A stretch of DNA of 64,000 nucleotides from an uncultured cyanobacterium (GCA_963765575.1 CAVXWZ010000008.1:288001-352000); one strand, 5' to 3'; counted from the stretch's first letter, positions 1-11,394 are shown. Numbers and translations are program-made. Notes: generated from the sequence alone by a model not told the origin.

Positions 1-216
1 CTGGCGGTGATCCCGGTCGTCCTGTTGATACGACCCGTGGAACTTGAGAATCTGAACCGCCGGTTCACTGAAATTCGGCCGCTCGTTGGCCAGTTCGCTG
101 AGCAGTGGTTCGCGCAGATGGCCGCTGTTGGCCTTCAGCTGCTCGAACTTGGTGGGCTCAGGGGGGCGTGGATCAGACAGGGTGGATCCGTCAGGCACCT
201 TGGCAGACACGGTCAC
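1..216 (-). CDS. sir: Ferredoxin-sulfite reductase, N-terminal part (runs off window start)
   Basis: Manual translation of minus strand from GTG at 216: ...TKFEQLKANSGHLREPL...VQILKFHGSYQQDDRDHR, the characteristic Sir N-terminus; not in ORF track. Confidence 0.85.
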   Translation of the reverse strand, partial: MTVSAKVPDGSTLSDPRPPEPTKFEQLKANSGHLREPLLSELANERPNFSEPAVQILKFHGSYQQDDRDHRQ

Positions 217-322
217 GCAGTCGATCCTCAACCGCTTGACCGTAGCGAACGGGAGTGGGTAAGGGCCGAAGAAGCGGCAGCAGCTGGTTCATGCAGAAGC
301 TGGTTCATAGAGTTGGTGTCCC

Positions 323-2503
323 TTGAGCCCGCGTTCCGTGCCGTCCTTTCTGCTGGAGATCGGCACCGAAGAGCTGCCCGCTGATTTCGCCCGCCTGGCC
401 CTGCCCCAGCTGCAGGGCCTGGTGGCTGCCGACCTCGCGGCCCAGCGCCTGGATCCGGCGGCGCTGGAAGTCATGGGCACACCGCGGCGGTTGGCGGTGC
501 TGGCCCATGGCCTGGCCCCGGCCCAACCGGATCGGGACGAGGAGCGCAAGGGTCCCCCGGCGGCCCAGGCCTTCCGCGACGGCCTCCCCACCCCCGCCGC
601 CATCGGCTTCGCCCGGCGCTGCGGCGTGGAGCCCCAGGCGCTGGAGGTGCGGGAGACGCCCAAGGGCCCCTTTGTGTTCGCCCGGGCGCTGGAGCCCGGC
701 CAGCCTGCCGCCACAGTGCTGGTGCGGCTGATCCCCGCCTGGATCCAGGCCCTCCAGGGCCGTCGCTTCATGCGCTGGGGGGCGGGCGAGCGCCGCTTCT
801 CCAGACCGATCCGTTGGTTGGTGGCCCTGCTCGATGCCGAGGTGCTGCCCGTGCAACTCGAGGGCTGCGACCCCGCGGTGGTGGCGGCCGCCAGCAGCCG
901 CGGCCACCGACTCAGCAGCGGGGCGGTGGCCATTCGCTCGGCCGCCAGCTACCGCGAGGATCTGGCGGCGGCGGGAGTGGAGGTTGACCGGCACCTGCGG
1001 GCCCAGCGCATCCGCGCGGCCGTGGATGCCGCCGCCGAGCGGCACGGGGCCCGGCCCGACCTGCCCGCCGAGCTGTTCGACGAACTGGTGGATCTGGTGG
1101 AGGCGCCCCTGCCGATCGAGGGGCGCATCGATGGCCGCTACCTGGAGCTGCCGCCCGAGGTGCTGAGCACCGTGATGCGGGCCCACCAGCGCTACGTGCC
1201 CCTCTATGACCGCCAGGCCGCGATCGATCCCCTGGCCCAGAACGCCCACGGGGTGCTGCAACCACGTTTCCTCTGCATTGCCAACGCCCGCTCCGAGGCC
1301 AGCGACACCATCCGCCGGGGCAACGAGCGGGTGCTCAAGGCCCGCCTGGCGGATGCTGAATTCTTCGTCAATGCCGACCACGCCACCGCCAGCATCGATC
1401 GCCGCGAGCGGCTGGCCCGGGTCACCTTCGCCGAAGGGCTGGGTTCGTTGCTGGATCGGGTGGAACGCCTGGAGTGGTGCACCGACGTGCTGCTCGAGCA
1501 GCTCGACCTGCCCGCCGCCACCGCCGCCCATGCCCGCCGCGCCGCCCATCTCTGCAAGCACGACCTGGTCAGCCAGATGGTGGGGGAGTTCCCCGAACTG
1601 CAGGGGGTGATGGGGGGCAAGTACCTGCTGGCGGAAGGGGAGACCGCCGAGGTGTCCCTGGCCGTTCTGGAGCACTACCGGCCGCGCGGGGCGGGCGATG
1701 GGCTGCCCCGTTCCGATGCCGGGGCGGTGGTGGCGCTGGCCGAACGCCTGGAGCTGTTGCTGAGCATCTACGCCAAGGGCGAGCGTCCCAGCGGCTCGTC
1801 CGACCCCTACGCCCTGCGCCGGGCCGGCAATGGCCTGCTGCAGATCCTCTGGGACCGCCAATGGGACCTGGACCTGGTGGCGCTGCTGCAGCGTGGTGCG
1901 GCGCACTGGGCCGAGCGCTTCAGCCACTTCGCCATCGATCCCGTGGGGCTGAGGGGCGAGCTGGCCGAGTTGTTGCGTCAGCGCCTGGCGAGCCTGCTGG
2001 AGGAAGACGGGCTGGATGCCGACCTGGTGCAGGCCGTGGCCGGGGAGACGGTGCCCCTGGAGCGCTTGCTGCGCAACCCGGCCGATGCGCGGGTGCGCGC
2101 CGATCTGCTGGTGGCACTGCGCCGCTCGGGCCGGCTGGAGGCCGTGCGGGCGGTGGTCACCCGGGCCGCCCGGCTCGCGGCCAAGGCCGACTTGCCCGTC
2201 GATCAGCTGCAGGCCAGCGGCTGCGTGGATGCGCAGCTGTTCGAGAAAGCCAGTGAAACGGCGATGCTCGCGGTGTTGGGGCAGCTCGAACCCTTGGCGC
2301 AAGGCGGCCATGCCAGCAGCTACGGCGAGCTCGCCGAGAGCCTGGCCGGCAGTGCCGGCACCCTGGCCGACTTTTTCGACGGCGAGCAGAGCGTGATGGT
2401 GATGGCCGACGACCCAGCCGTGCGGCGCAACCGTCTCAACCTGCTGGCACTGCTGCGCAATCAGGCCTCTGTGCTGGCCGATTTCAGCGCCATCAGCGGC
2501 TGA
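323..2503 (+). CDS. glyS: Glycine--tRNA ligase beta subunit (start may be GTG 338)
   Basis: FLLEIGTEELP, MRWG...FSRPIRW, GSSDPYALRR, RRNRLNLL motifs. Confidence 0.95.
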   Translation: MSPRSVPSFLLEIGTEELPADFARLALPQLQGLVAADLAAQRLDPAALEVMGTPRRLAVLAHGLAPAQPDRDEERKGPPAAQAFRDGLPTPAAIGFARRCGVEPQALEVRETPKGPFVFARALEPGQPAATVLVRLIPAWIQALQGRRFMRWGAGERRFSRPIRWLVALLDAEVLPVQLEGCDPAVVAAASSRGHRLSSGAVAIRSAASYREDLAAAGVEVDRHLRAQRIRAAVDAAAERHGARPDLPAELFDELVDLVEAPLPIEGRIDGRYLELPPEVLSTVMRAHQRYVPLYDRQAAIDPLAQNAHGVLQPRFLCIANARSEASDTIRRGNERVLKARLADAEFFVNADHATASIDRRERLARVTFAEGLGSLLDRVERLEWCTDVLLEQLDLPAATAAHARRAAHLCKHDLVSQMVGEFPELQGVMGGKYLLAEGETAEVSLAVLEHYRPRGAGDGLPRSDAGAVVALAERLELLLSIYAKGERPSGSSDPYALRRAGNGLLQILWDRQWDLDLVALLQRGAAHWAERFSHFAIDPVGLRGELAELLRQRLASLLEEDGLDADLVQAVAGETVPLERLLRNPADARVRADLLVALRRSGRLEAVRAVVTRAARLAAKADLPVDQLQASGCVDAQLFEKASETAMLAVLGQLEPLAQGGHASSYGELAESLAGSAGTLADFFDGEQSVMVMADDPAVRRNRLNLLALLRNQASVLADFSAISG

Positions 2504-2528
2504 AACCGGCCAGCTCGGCAGCCTCGCC

Positions 2529-4001
2529 TCAGGCCACCCCGGCCGGCTCCCGATCTCCCTTGTCGGCCGTAGCACTGCTGCTGGCTGCGTCTGGAGCTGG
2601 GGCCTCTGCGGCCGTGACGTCAGAAACAGCCGTGACGTCAGAAACAGCCGTGGCGGCCGCCGCCATCTGTGCGGCCTGGCGCTTCTCCTTGGAGGCGTTG
2701 ATGCCCCCCTTGATGCTGCTCACCGCCAACAGGGCGTTGACTTCGGCGTCATCCCGCACGGTGCTGGGCACCGGCGTGTAGGTCTGGGGCGCCAGGGCAT
2801 TGCCGCGCAGCACGGCTCCGAGGGTGAGCAGGGTCAATTTCAGTTGCTGCCACGGATTCATCGCCACCACCCGCTTGTAGAGGTAGCTGTCGAAGGTGAG
2901 GCGCTGCACGTCTTTGTCGTCGCACATTTCGACGAAGGCCTCACGGGCGGCGTCGTTCCGATAAAAGATGTTCTGCAGAAGCTCCAGAACTTTGTAGGTG
3001 GTGCCGTACTGACGGTCCCATTTCTTCAGATACTTCTTGAGGTCGGCTTCGCTGGGGATGCGCTGACCGCCCTCGCTGGCCGCGACAATCTGCTCAGCAC
3101 ACATCCGACCGCTCTTGGCGGCGAAATAGATGCCTTCGCCCGAGCTCTTGGTGACATAGCCGGCGGCGTCACCCACCAGGGCCATGCGGCCAACAACCCG
3201 GCGCGGACGGGGATGTTCGGGGATCGGGTGGGCCTCCACCTTGATCACCTCGCCCTTCACCAAACGCTTCTTGGCCCGCTCGCGGATACCCACCTGCAGG
3301 CTCTTGATCAGGGCCTGATTCTCCTGCATCGTGCCTGTACCGACAGCAACATGATCATATTTGGGAAACACCCAGGCATAGAAGTCAGGCGAAACATCTG
3401 TGCCGACATACATCTCCGCGAGATCTTCGTAGTAGCTCATCTCTTCAGGTGGAAGCTTGATGCGCTCCTGGAAGGCGATGGCCACGTTGTAATCACCCGC
3501 ATCCATGGCCTTGGCCACCCGGCTGTTGGCGCCATCGGCCCCCACGATCAGGTCCACTTCAAGGCTGCGGGTCTCGCCGGTGGCCTCACCACCGCTGTAA
3601 TCGGAATAGGTGAGCGTGTAGGGGCCCTGGCGGTTAGCACCGGTGTCGATCTTGGTAACGAGACCGTTGACCAAGTGGGCACCGAGGTCGGCGGCACGGT
3701 TGCGCAGGAATGAATCCAGCACCTCACGCCGACACATGCCGATGTATTCATCCTCATTATCGAGATGAATGTCCACCTCGCGATTGGAAGGTGAGATCAT
3801 TCTCATGTTCCGCACTTTGCGGTCGATGATTGAGTCTGGCAAGTCGAATTCGTTGACCATGCAAAGCGGAATGGCACCACCACATGGTTTTGCGTTATCG
3901 AGCTTGCGCTCGAAGATCCACGTTTCGATACCGGCCTTGGCCAGAATCTCGGCGGTGCATGAACCGCTGGGACCACCGCCCACGACTGCCACTCGCACCA
4001 T
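2529..4001 (-). CDS. chlP: Geranylgeranyl reductase
   Basis: VAVVGGGPSG, AKPCGGAIP, GDAAGYVTKSSGEGIYFAAKSG. Confidence 0.97.
   Translation of the reverse strand: MVRVAVVGGGPSGSCTAEILAKAGIETWIFERKLDNAKPCGGAIPLCMVNEFDLPDSIIDRKVRNMRMISPSNREVDIHLDNEDEYIGMCRREVLDSFLRNRAADLGAHLVNGLVTKIDTGANRQGPYTLTYSDYSGGEATGETRSLEVDLIVGADGANSRVAKAMDAGDYNVAIAFQERIKLPPEEMSYYEDLAEMYVGTDVSPDFYAWVFPKYDHVAVGTGTMQENQALIKSLQVGIRERAKKRLVKGEVIKVEAHPIPEHPRPRRVVGRMALVGDAAGYVTKSSGEGIYFAAKSGRMCAEQIVAASEGGQRIPSEADLKKYLKKWDRQYGTTYKVLELLQNIFYRNDAAREAFVEMCDDKDVQRLTFDSYLYKRVVAMNPWQQLKLTLLTLGAVLRGNALAPQTYTPVPSTVRDDAEVNALLAVSSIKGGINASKEKRQAAQMAAAATAVSDVTAVSDVTAAEAPAPDAASSSATADKGDREPAGVA
2611..2652. repeat. 18-bp tandem repeat (GCCGTGACGTCAGAAACA x2.3) in chlP C-terminal tail
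   Basis: Read directly; encodes TAVSDV-TAVSDV. Confidence 0.9.
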
Positions 4002-4099
4002 CGTTTGCTCGCCCAGAAGGCGTTGAGAAGTGGCCGGAAGCTAACACCGTTGTGCCTGTGGGAGGGGCTGAACCCGTGGTCCCACTTAGGATCTTCACG

Positions 4100-4939
4100 G
4101 TGTGTTGTCTGCGGGCAACCCACCCCAGACCAACAGCTGCCGTAGCCATCGCTTCGCCCCAGCCCCCTTCCCCGTCCGGCGGCGCCAATCCCCTCAGGGG
4201 GCTCAGCGCCGGCCGCAGCGGCAAGGCGGCGCTGGACGACATTCCCGTTGCTCAGCGCACCCAGATTCAGCGGCCGCCCCGCTCGAGGCTGCTCAACCGT
4301 CTCGGCCTGATCGGGCTGGCTGTCTCCCTGGCCGGGATCTCAGCGGTGCTCGTCTTCCCCCAGACCCTGCGGCTCTGGCTCACGGCACCGCCGGTGGAGG
4401 GGCTCAATGCCCGCACCACCGCCGATGGTCGGCTGCTCGGTCACTTCCCCTATGCCGAGGCCGCTGCGGAGGATCTGGTGGAGGTGGCCCCGGGCCACGC
4501 CCTGCACCGGGATGCCGCCACCGCGCTGCTGGCGATGCAGCGAGCCGCGGCCGCGGACGGAGTTCAGCTGGAGCTGCTCAGTGCCTTCAGGCCAGCCGAC
4601 CTGCAGAAGGTGCTGTTTTTTGACATCAAGTCAGAACGCAACCAGAGCGCCCTGGAAAGGGCCGAGGTGAGTGCCCCGCCTGGCTTCTCCGAGCACAGCA
4701 CCGGTTACGCGATCGACCTGGGTGACGCCTACGCACCCCAGAGTCATCTGTCCGTGGCCTTCGCGAGCACCGAGGCCTTCGCCTGGCTGCAGGCCAATGC
4801 CGCCCGGCATCACTTCATTCTGTCGTTTCCGCCGAGCAACGCCCAAGGGGTGAGCTACGAGCCCTGGCACTGGCGATTTGAGGGCACGGCTGCTGCCCTG
4901 CAGCTGTTCGAGCCCGCCCAGCGGCTGAGCCGCAACTGA
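4100..4939 (+). CDS. D-Ala-D-Ala carboxypeptidase, M15/VanY family (start uncertain)
   Basis: SAFR, SAPPGFSEHSTGYAIDL, YEPWHWRF; N-terminal hydrophobic anchor. Confidence 0.85.
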   Translation: MCCLRATHPRPTAAVAIASPQPPSPSGGANPLRGLSAGRSGKAALDDIPVAQRTQIQRPPRSRLLNRLGLIGLAVSLAGISAVLVFPQTLRLWLTAPPVEGLNARTTADGRLLGHFPYAEAAAEDLVEVAPGHALHRDAATALLAMQRAAAADGVQLELLSAFRPADLQKVLFFDIKSERNQSALERAEVSAPPGFSEHSTGYAIDLGDAYAPQSHLSVAFASTEAFAWLQANAARHHFILSFPPSNAQGVSYEPWHWRFEGTAAALQLFEPAQRLSRN

Positions 4940-5062
4940 GGGCAGGGTGCGCTGGGGCGCGGGGCTGGGGCGGTCGGTGATCAGCCGTTGCCTGAGCAGT
5001 GCCTGCATCATCGGCTATGATAAAGGGCTGATAACAATCCAAATCGCAGGAATTCTTAAAGT

Positions 5063-6871
5063 ATGAGCGGCGCACATCCCGGCACGCCGATTCGCAACAT
5101 TGCGATCATTGCCCACGTTGACCACGGCAAAACCACCCTCGTCGACGCGCTGCTCGCCCAGTCGGGCATCTTCCGCGACAACGAAGCGGTGCCCACCTGC
5201 GTGATGGACTCCAACGATCTGGAGCGCGAACGGGGCATCACGATCCTCAGCAAAAACACGGCCGTCGATTTTCAAGGCATTCGCATCAACATCGTTGACA
5301 CGCCTGGCCACGCCGATTTCGGTGGCGAGGTGGAACGGGTGCTGGGCATGGTGGACGGCTGTCTCCTGATCGTGGACGCCAACGAGGGGCCCATGCCCCA
5401 GACCCGCTTCGTGCTCAAGAAGGCCTTGGAGAAGGGCCTGCGGCCGATCGTCTTCGTCAACAAGATTGACCGTGCCCGCGTCGACCCCGAGATCGCTGTG
5501 GACAAGGTGCTCGACCTGTTCCTGGAACTCGGTGCCGACGACGACCAGTGCGATTTTCCCTATCTGTTCGGTAGTGGCATGGCCGGTTACGCCAAGCCGG
5601 ACATGAAGACCGAGAGCGACACGATGCTGCCGCTCTTCGAGGCCATCCTGCGCCACGTGCCGCCGCCGGTCGGTGACCCCGCCAAGCCCCTGCAACTGCA
5701 GGTCACCACCCTCGACTACAGCGACTTCCTCGGCCGGATCATGATCGGCCGCATTCACAACGGCACCATCAAGGCCGGCCAGCCCGCTGCGCTCTTGCGC
5801 GATGACGGCAGCGTCAAGCGCGGCCGCATCAGCAAGCTGCTGGGCTTCCAGGGCCTGCAGCGGGTGGAGATCGCCCAGGCCGCCGCCGGTGATCTGGTGG
5901 CCGTGGCCGGTTTCGATGAAGTGAACATCGGTGAAACCATTGCCTGCCCTGACAACCCCGAGGCCCTGCCCCTGATCCGGGTGGATGAGCCCACCCTGCA
6001 GATGACCTTCGTGGTCAACGATTCGCCCTTTGCCGGCAAGGAGGGCAAGTTCGTCACCAGCCGCCAGATCCGCGATCGCTTGCAGAAGGAGCTGCTCACC
6101 AACGTGGCCCTGCGCGTGGAGGACACCGACTCCCCCGATCGCTGGGCTGTGAGCGGACGGGGTGAGCTGCACCTCGGCATCCTGATCGAAACCATGCGCC
6201 GCGAGGGCTATGAGTTTCAGGTGAGCCAGCCCCAGGTGATCTTCCGCACCATCGACGGCACACCCCATGAGCCCTTCGAAACCCTGGTGCTGGACGTTCC
6301 CGAGGCTTCGGTGGGGTCCTGCATCGAAAAACTGGGCGTGCGCAAGTCGGAGATGCAGAACATGGAGGCCACCAACGACGGCCGCACTCAGCTGGAATTC
6401 GTGATCCCGGCCCGGGGGCTGATCGGTTTCCGCGGCGAATTCATCCGCGCCACCCGCGGCGAGGGGATCATGAGCCACTCCTTCCTCGACTACAGGCCGA
6501 TGCAGGGTGACGTGGAAGCCCGGCGCAGTGGCGTGCTGATTGCCTTCGAGGAAGGCACGGCCACCTTCTATGCCCTCAAGGGGGCGGAAGACCGCGGCCA
6601 GTTCTTCATCACTCCTGGCACCAAGGTGTACAAGGGCATGATCGTGGGCGAGAACAGTCGTACGCAGGACCTCGAACTCAACGTCTGCAAGGCCAAGCAG
6701 GTGACCAACATCCGCTCCGCCGGGGCCGAAGTGCTCGACACCCTGCAATCCCCCGTTCAGATGACCCTCGAGCGTGCCCTCGAATACATCGGCCCGGATG
6801 AAATGCTGGAAGTGACGCCCGAATCCATTCGCCTGCGCAAGCTGCCGGTGAAGAAGGCAGCCCGGCGTTGA
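5063..6871 (+). CDS. typA: Translational GTPase TypA/BipA
   Basis: [34 protein letters not shown]. Confidence 0.97.
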   Translation: MSGAHPGTPIRNIAIIAHVDHGKTTLVDALLAQSGIFRDNEAVPTCVMDSNDLERERGITILSKNTAVDFQGIRINIVDTPGHADFGGEVERVLGMVDGCLLIVDANEGPMPQTRFVLKKALEKGLRPIVFVNKIDRARVDPEIAVDKVLDLFLELGADDDQCDFPYLFGSGMAGYAKPDMKTESDTMLPLFEAILRHVPPPVGDPAKPLQLQVTTLDYSDFLGRIMIGRIHNGTIKAGQPAALLRDDGSVKRGRISKLLGFQGLQRVEIAQAAAGDLVAVAGFDEVNIGETIACPDNPEALPLIRVDEPTLQMTFVVNDSPFAGKEGKFVTSRQIRDRLQKELLTNVALRVEDTDSPDRWAVSGRGELHLGILIETMRREGYEFQVSQPQVIFRTIDGTPHEPFETLVLDVPEASVGSCIEKLGVRKSEMQNMEATNDGRTQLEFVIPARGLIGFRGEFIRATRGEGIMSHSFLDYRPMQGDVEARRSGVLIAFEEGTATFYALKGAEDRGQFFITPGTKVYKGMIVGENSRTQDLELNVCKAKQVTNIRSAGAEVLDTLQSPVQMTLERALEYIGPDEMLEVTPESIRLRKLPVKKAARR

Positions 6872-7293
6872 GCGCTGAGTCGAAGGCGTTCAGCGCTGAG
6901 TCTGAAGAGGTTCGCCTGCTGGCCGACCCCCGCCTGCAGCAGGCCATGGCCCTTTTCAACGCGGCGGATTGGTATGCCTGTCATGACGCCTTTGAGGAGC
7001 TCTGGCATGAGACGGCCGGGCCCATGCGGCCGGTGCTTCAGGGGATCCTGCAGATTGCCGTTGGCCAGCTGCACCATTCCCGTGGCAACCGGCGGGGAGC
7101 CACGGTGCTGACCGGCGAAGGCTTGGGGCGGTTGCGCTCGGCCCCTGCCGAAGCCCTGGATCTTGACTTGGAGGCCCTCAGAAGCAGCGCCAGCGGTTGG
7201 CTCGAGGCCCTTCAGTCCGCAGGTGAGGTTCCCGCCATGGCGGCTCCGGTGCTGCGTCGCAGCGCTACGGAGGCCAGTGGATCGCATCGGTAG
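6868..7293 (+). CDS. DUF309 family protein
   Basis: FNAADWYACHDAFEELW, QGILQIAVG. Confidence 0.8.
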   Translation: MSAESKAFSAESEEVRLLADPRLQQAMALFNAADWYACHDAFEELWHETAGPMRPVLQGILQIAVGQLHHSRGNRRGATVLTGEGLGRLRSAPAEALDLDLEALRSSASGWLEALQSAGEVPAMAAPVLRRSATEASGSHR

Positions 7294-7342
7294 ATTTCCC
7301 AAGTCTGTGGCCACCCAGCGCCGCCGCTACCACCGCTTGTCC

Positions 7343-7804
7343 GTGCACGCTCCCTCCCGTCAGAGCCCCAGGCCGCTGGCCAGCCTGGGGTTGCTGGCCC
7401 TGATCGCCTGTTCCAGCCTGCGGGCCACAGCGGTCGACGCCCAGAGCGCCGCCACCGCGCCACCCCCCTCCGCGGGAGTCGTGTCGATCGAATCAGACCT
7501 GCAACGGGCAGACAACATCACGGGTGTGATCACGGCCACCGGCAATGTGCGCATCGTTTATCCCGACCGCCAGGTGGTGGCCACGGCCCGCCAGGCCCAG
7601 TACTTCAGCCTTGAAGGCCGGGTGGTGCTCAGTGGTGATGTGGACGTGATTCAGCTGGATGGACCCTCGATCCAGGCCGATCGCATCACCTACCTGGTGG
7701 AGCAGGAGCGGGTGATCGCCGAACCCGCCGACGGCGCCCAGGTGATCAGCCGCTTCCCCGTCGAACCGCTGCGGAGCGAGGCGCCGACGGCGCCGGCCCC
7801 ATGA
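7343..7804 (+). CDS. lptA: LptA/OstA family protein
   Basis: Signal peptide, IESDLQRAD...TATGNVRI...LSGDVDVIQ; directly upstream of lptB. Confidence 0.8.
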   Translation: MHAPSRQSPRPLASLGLLALIACSSLRATAVDAQSAATAPPPSAGVVSIESDLQRADNITGVITATGNVRIVYPDRQVVATARQAQYFSLEGRVVLSGDVDVIQLDGPSIQADRITYLVEQERVIAEPADGAQVISRFPVEPLRSEAPTAPAP

Positions 7805-8529
7805 GCCTGGCCCTTGAGGACGTGCTCCTGGCCATCGGCGGCCGGGTGCTCGTCAACCATGTGTCGATCAGGCTGGAGCCCGGCGAAGTGGTGGGCTTGC
7901 TGGGCCCCAATGGTGCCGGCAAGACCACCACCTTCTCCCTGGTCACCGGCCTGCTGCGACCGGACGCCGGCCGGGTGCTTCTCGACGGCTTTGATATCTC
8001 CGGTGAGTCGATGCCGCGCCGCGCCGCACTCGGCATCGGCTATCTGCCCCAGGAGCCCAGCGTCTTTCGCCAGCTCAGCGTGCGCGACAACCTGCGCCTC
8101 AGCCTTGAGCAGAGCGGCACCCCCAGGCCCCTGCGCCGCCAGCGACTGGAGACGCTGATCGCCGAATTCCATCTCAGTGGCTTCGAGCAGCGCCGGGGCT
8201 ACCAGCTCTCCGGTGGCGAGCGCCGACGCACCGAGGTGGCCCGTGCCCTGGCGGTGGGGGAGGCGGGGCCCCGCTTTCTGCTGCTGGATGAGCCCTTCGC
8301 CGGCGTCGATCCGATTGCCGTGGCCGACCTCCAGGAGCTGATCGCCGGCCTGCGCCGGCGGGGAATGGGCCTGCTGATCACCGACCACAACGTGCGCGAG
8401 ACCCTGGCGATCACCGATCGCGCCTACATCCTGTCGGAGGGCGGCATTCTGGCGTCAGGAACGTCCCAGGCGGTGGGCCACGATCCGCTCGTGCGCAGCC
8501 ACTACCTGGGGGAGGGGTTCCGGCTGTGA
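7801..8529 (+). CDS. lptB: LPS export ABC transporter ATP-binding protein
   Basis: GPNGAGKTT, LSGGERRR, LLDEPFAGVDP, ITDHNVRETL. Confidence 0.93.
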   Translation: MSLALEDVLLAIGGRVLVNHVSIRLEPGEVVGLLGPNGAGKTTTFSLVTGLLRPDAGRVLLDGFDISGESMPRRAALGIGYLPQEPSVFRQLSVRDNLRLSLEQSGTPRPLRRQRLETLIAEFHLSGFEQRRGYQLSGGERRRTEVARALAVGEAGPRFLLLDEPFAGVDPIAVADLQELIAGLRRRGMGLLITDHNVRETLAITDRAYILSEGGILASGTSQAVGHDPLVRSHYLGEGFRL

Positions 8530-9704
8530 GCGTGCCGCGTCGTGTGCTGCGAACCCTGGCCCGCCCCTGGCGGCAGCTGCCGCTGCTGGACCGCTGGCTG
8601 CTGGGCGAGTTGATCGGCCCCCTGCTGTTCGGCATCGGCGCCTTCACGGCCGTGTCGCTGTCCGTGGGGGCGGTGTTCGAGCTCGTGCGCCGCATCGCCG
8701 AGTCGGGCCTGCCGGTGGGCATCGCCCTGCAGGTGCTGGCCCTGGAGCTGCCCTCTTTCCTGGTGCTCTCCTTCCCCATGGCCACCCTGATGGCCTGCCT
8801 GCTCACCTACAGCAAGCTCTCGGGCAACAGCGAACTCACGGCCCTGCGCAGCATCGGTGTGACCACCTTGCGCATGGTGCTGCCAGCCCTGGCCCTGGCC
8901 CTGGTGATGACCCTGCTCACCTTCGGCTTCAACGAAGCTGTGGTGCCCCACACCCTGGTGCAGGCCACGGCAACCCTGGACAGGGCTGTGGGCCGCGCGG
9001 TGGTGGGGGAGGACCGGGAGCGGGTGAGCTATTCCCGCTACGACCGGGTCACCCAGGCCGATGGCAGTCGGGATCGCACCCTCACCCACTTCTTCTATGC
9101 CCAGCGACTCAACCAGGGGGTGATGGAGCAGGTGACGGTGCTGGATCTCTCCCAACCGGGACAGCGGCTGATGCTCACCGCTGAGGAAGGCCGCTGGAAC
9201 GACGAGGAGGCCATGTGGGAATTCCTCGACGGCAAGCTCTACGTCGTCAGTGACAAGGGCGGCGAGCGCATCACCTCGGCGCGCTTTGATCGCTACCTCT
9301 ATCCCTTGGGCAACCAGCCCCTGCAGGTGGCCAAGCTGCCCACCGACGCCGAAATGCTCACGATCGGCCAGGCCCGCACCGCCGAACGGCTGCTGCGCGA
9401 GTCGGGTGATCGCCAGGGGGCCCGCAAACTGCGCGTGCGGATCCAGGAAAAGTTCTCCTTCCCGGCGGTCTGTCTGGTGTTCGGGCTGCTGGGCAGCAGC
9501 CTTGGGGTGCGCCCCAACTCCCGGCGCAGCCGCAGCCAGGGCTTCGGCCTCAGTGTGCTGCTGATCTTCGGCTACTACGTGGTGGCCTTCAGTTTCAGCG
9601 CCATGGGGGTCAACGGCGCCCTGTCGCCCCAGCTCTCGGCCTGGCTGCCGGTGGCCATCTTCCTGGTGATCGGGGCCGGTCTTCTGCGCCAGGCCAGCCA
9701 CTAG
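8526..9704 (+). CDS. LptF/LptG family permease
   Basis: LDRWLL, SELTALRSIG, 3+3 TM layout around a soluble domain; follows lptB. Confidence 0.88.
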   Translation: MSVPRRVLRTLARPWRQLPLLDRWLLGELIGPLLFGIGAFTAVSLSVGAVFELVRRIAESGLPVGIALQVLALELPSFLVLSFPMATLMACLLTYSKLSGNSELTALRSIGVTTLRMVLPALALALVMTLLTFGFNEAVVPHTLVQATATLDRAVGRAVVGEDRERVSYSRYDRVTQADGSRDRTLTHFFYAQRLNQGVMEQVTVLDLSQPGQRLMLTAEEGRWNDEEAMWEFLDGKLYVVSDKGGERITSARFDRYLYPLGNQPLQVAKLPTDAEMLTIGQARTAERLLRESGDRQGARKLRVRIQEKFSFPAVCLVFGLLGSSLGVRPNSRRSRSQGFGLSVLLIFGYYVVAFSFSAMGVNGALSPQLSAWLPVAIFLVIGAGLLRQASH

Positions 9705-9738
9705 GGCGGCAGACTGGTGTGCAGGTGTGCCCTGAACC

Positions 9739-10674
9739 TTGCCTGATCTGCTGCATGACCCGGTGACGGCCCTTGGCCTCGCCGCCTTCTTCCTGCTCCT
9801 GAGCGTGCTGCCGCTGGCCTTCTGGTCGCTCAGCGGCGAGCGCAGCAGCACTGCGGTGCGCGTGCTGGTGGCTACCGCCAACCTCTGCCTCACCGCCCAG
9901 CTCGTGCTGCGCTGGCTCGATTCGGGCCACTTCCCGATCAGCAACCTCTACGAGTCGCTCTGCTTCCTCGCCTGGGGCTGCACCCTGGTGCAGCTGCTGG
10001 TGGAGCGCAGCTGGCCCTCACCGCTGGTGCCGGCGGCCGCCACCCCTGTGGCCCTGGGCTGCGTGGCCTTCGCCAGCTTCGCCTTGCCTGAGAAACTGCA
10101 GGAGGCCTCACCACTGGTGCCCGCCCTGCGCTCCAGCTGGCTGATGATGCATGTCAGCGTGATCATGCTCAGCTACGCGGCCCTGCTGGTGGGCTCCCTG
10201 CTGTCATTGGCGGTGCTGCTCACCGGCCGCGGTCAGGACCTGCAGCTGCGCAGCAGTTCGATCGGCAGCGGCGGCTTCCGCCAGGCCCGGCTGGCCAGCG
10301 ACGGCCCCGGGGCCATGGCCGCGCCCCTGCAGCTGCAGAGCGTTTCGATGCCCGTAGCTGAGCAGCTGGATTCGCTCAGCTACCGCACCATCACCGTGGG
10401 CTTCATGTTGCTATCGGTGGGGCTGGTGAGTGGGGCGGTGTGGGCCAACGAGGCCTGGGGCAGCTGGTGGAGCTGGGATCCCAAAGAGACCTGGGCCCTG
10501 ATCTGCTGGCTGGTCTATGCCGCCTACCTGCACACGCGCCTGATCCGCGGCTGGCAGGGGCGGCGACCGGCGCTGGTGGCCAGTGCCGGTCTGGTGGTGA
10601 TTGCGGTCTGCTACATCGGCGTCAACCTGCTGGGCATCGGTCTGCACAGCTACGGCTGGTTCTTCGAGGGCTGA
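9739..10674 (+). CDS. ccsA: Cytochrome c biogenesis protein CcsA/CcsB
   Basis: [30 protein letters not shown] (WWD motif), GLHSYG. Confidence 0.95.
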   Translation: MPDLLHDPVTALGLAAFFLLLSVLPLAFWSLSGERSSTAVRVLVATANLCLTAQLVLRWLDSGHFPISNLYESLCFLAWGCTLVQLLVERSWPSPLVPAAATPVALGCVAFASFALPEKLQEASPLVPALRSSWLMMHVSVIMLSYAALLVGSLLSLAVLLTGRGQDLQLRSSSIGSGGFRQARLASDGPGAMAAPLQLQSVSMPVAEQLDSLSYRTITVGFMLLSVGLVSGAVWANEAWGSWWSWDPKETWALICWLVYAAYLHTRLIRGWQGRRPALVASAGLVVIAVCYIGVNLLGIGLHSYGWFFEG

Positions 10675-10679
10675 TTCGA

Positions 10680-10707
10680 GGGGGCAGCGTCCTGCACCGC
10701 CGCCCCC
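10680..10707. terminator. GC-rich hairpin between convergent ccsA and rpe
   Basis: GGGGGCAGCG-8nt-CGCCGCCCCC; no U-tract. Confidence 0.35.
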
Positions 10708-10710
10708 CGA

Positions 10711-11394
10711 TCAGGCGGCCACCGGTGCGGGGCGGCGGCTCTTGCGGATGCCCTGGATGGCCTCGGCGTAGTCGCTGGCGCCGAACACACCCGAGCCGCT
10801 GACGATGGCGTTGGCGCCGGCCTCGATCACTTTCCAGGCGTTGGCGGGCTTGATGCCGCCATCCACCTCGATCCAGGGGTCCAGTCCCTTCTCATCGCAC
10901 ATGCGGCGCAGGGAGCGGATCTTGTCGACCTGGCTGTCAATGAAGCTCTGGCCGCCGAAACCGGGGTTCACGCTCATCACCAGCACCAGATCGCAGAGCT
11001 CAAGGCAGTACTCGAGGGTGTCGATCGGGGTGCTGGGGTTGAGCACCGCACCCGCCTTCTTGCCGAGGTCGCGGATCTGGGCCAGGTTGCGGTGCAGGTG
11101 CGGACAGGCTTCCACCTGCACGGAAATGATGTCGGCGCCAGCGTCGGCAAAGTCAGCCACATACTTCTCAGGCTCCACGATCATCAGGTGGACGTCGAGG
11201 GGCTTGCTGGTGACCGGCCGCAGGGCCTTGACGATCAGGGGGCCGATGGTGATGTTGGGCACGAAGCGGCCATCCATCACATCCACGTGGATCCAGTCGG
11301 CACCGGCCTGATCCACGGCGCGCACGTCATCACCCAGTCGGGAGAAATCGGCCGACAGGATGGACGGTGAGACCACCAGTGACTTCGCGCTCAT
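10711..11394 (-). CDS. rpe: Ribulose-phosphate 3-epimerase
   Basis: [35 protein letters not shown]. Confidence 0.97.
   Translation of the reverse strand: MSAKSLVVSPSILSADFSRLGDDVRAVDQAGADWIHVDVMDGRFVPNITIGPLIVKALRPVTSKPLDVHLMIVEPEKYVADFADAGADIISVQVEACPHLHRNLAQIRDLGKKAGAVLNPSTPIDTLEYCLELCDLVLVMSVNPGFGGQSFIDSQVDKIRSLRRMCDEKGLDPWIEVDGGIKPANAWKVIEAGANAIVSGSGVFGASDYAEAIQGIRKSRRPAPVAA

Noticed and set aside
6072..6079. HIP1 octamer GCGATCGC
   Set aside because: Only sporadic copies noticed; no evident over-representation
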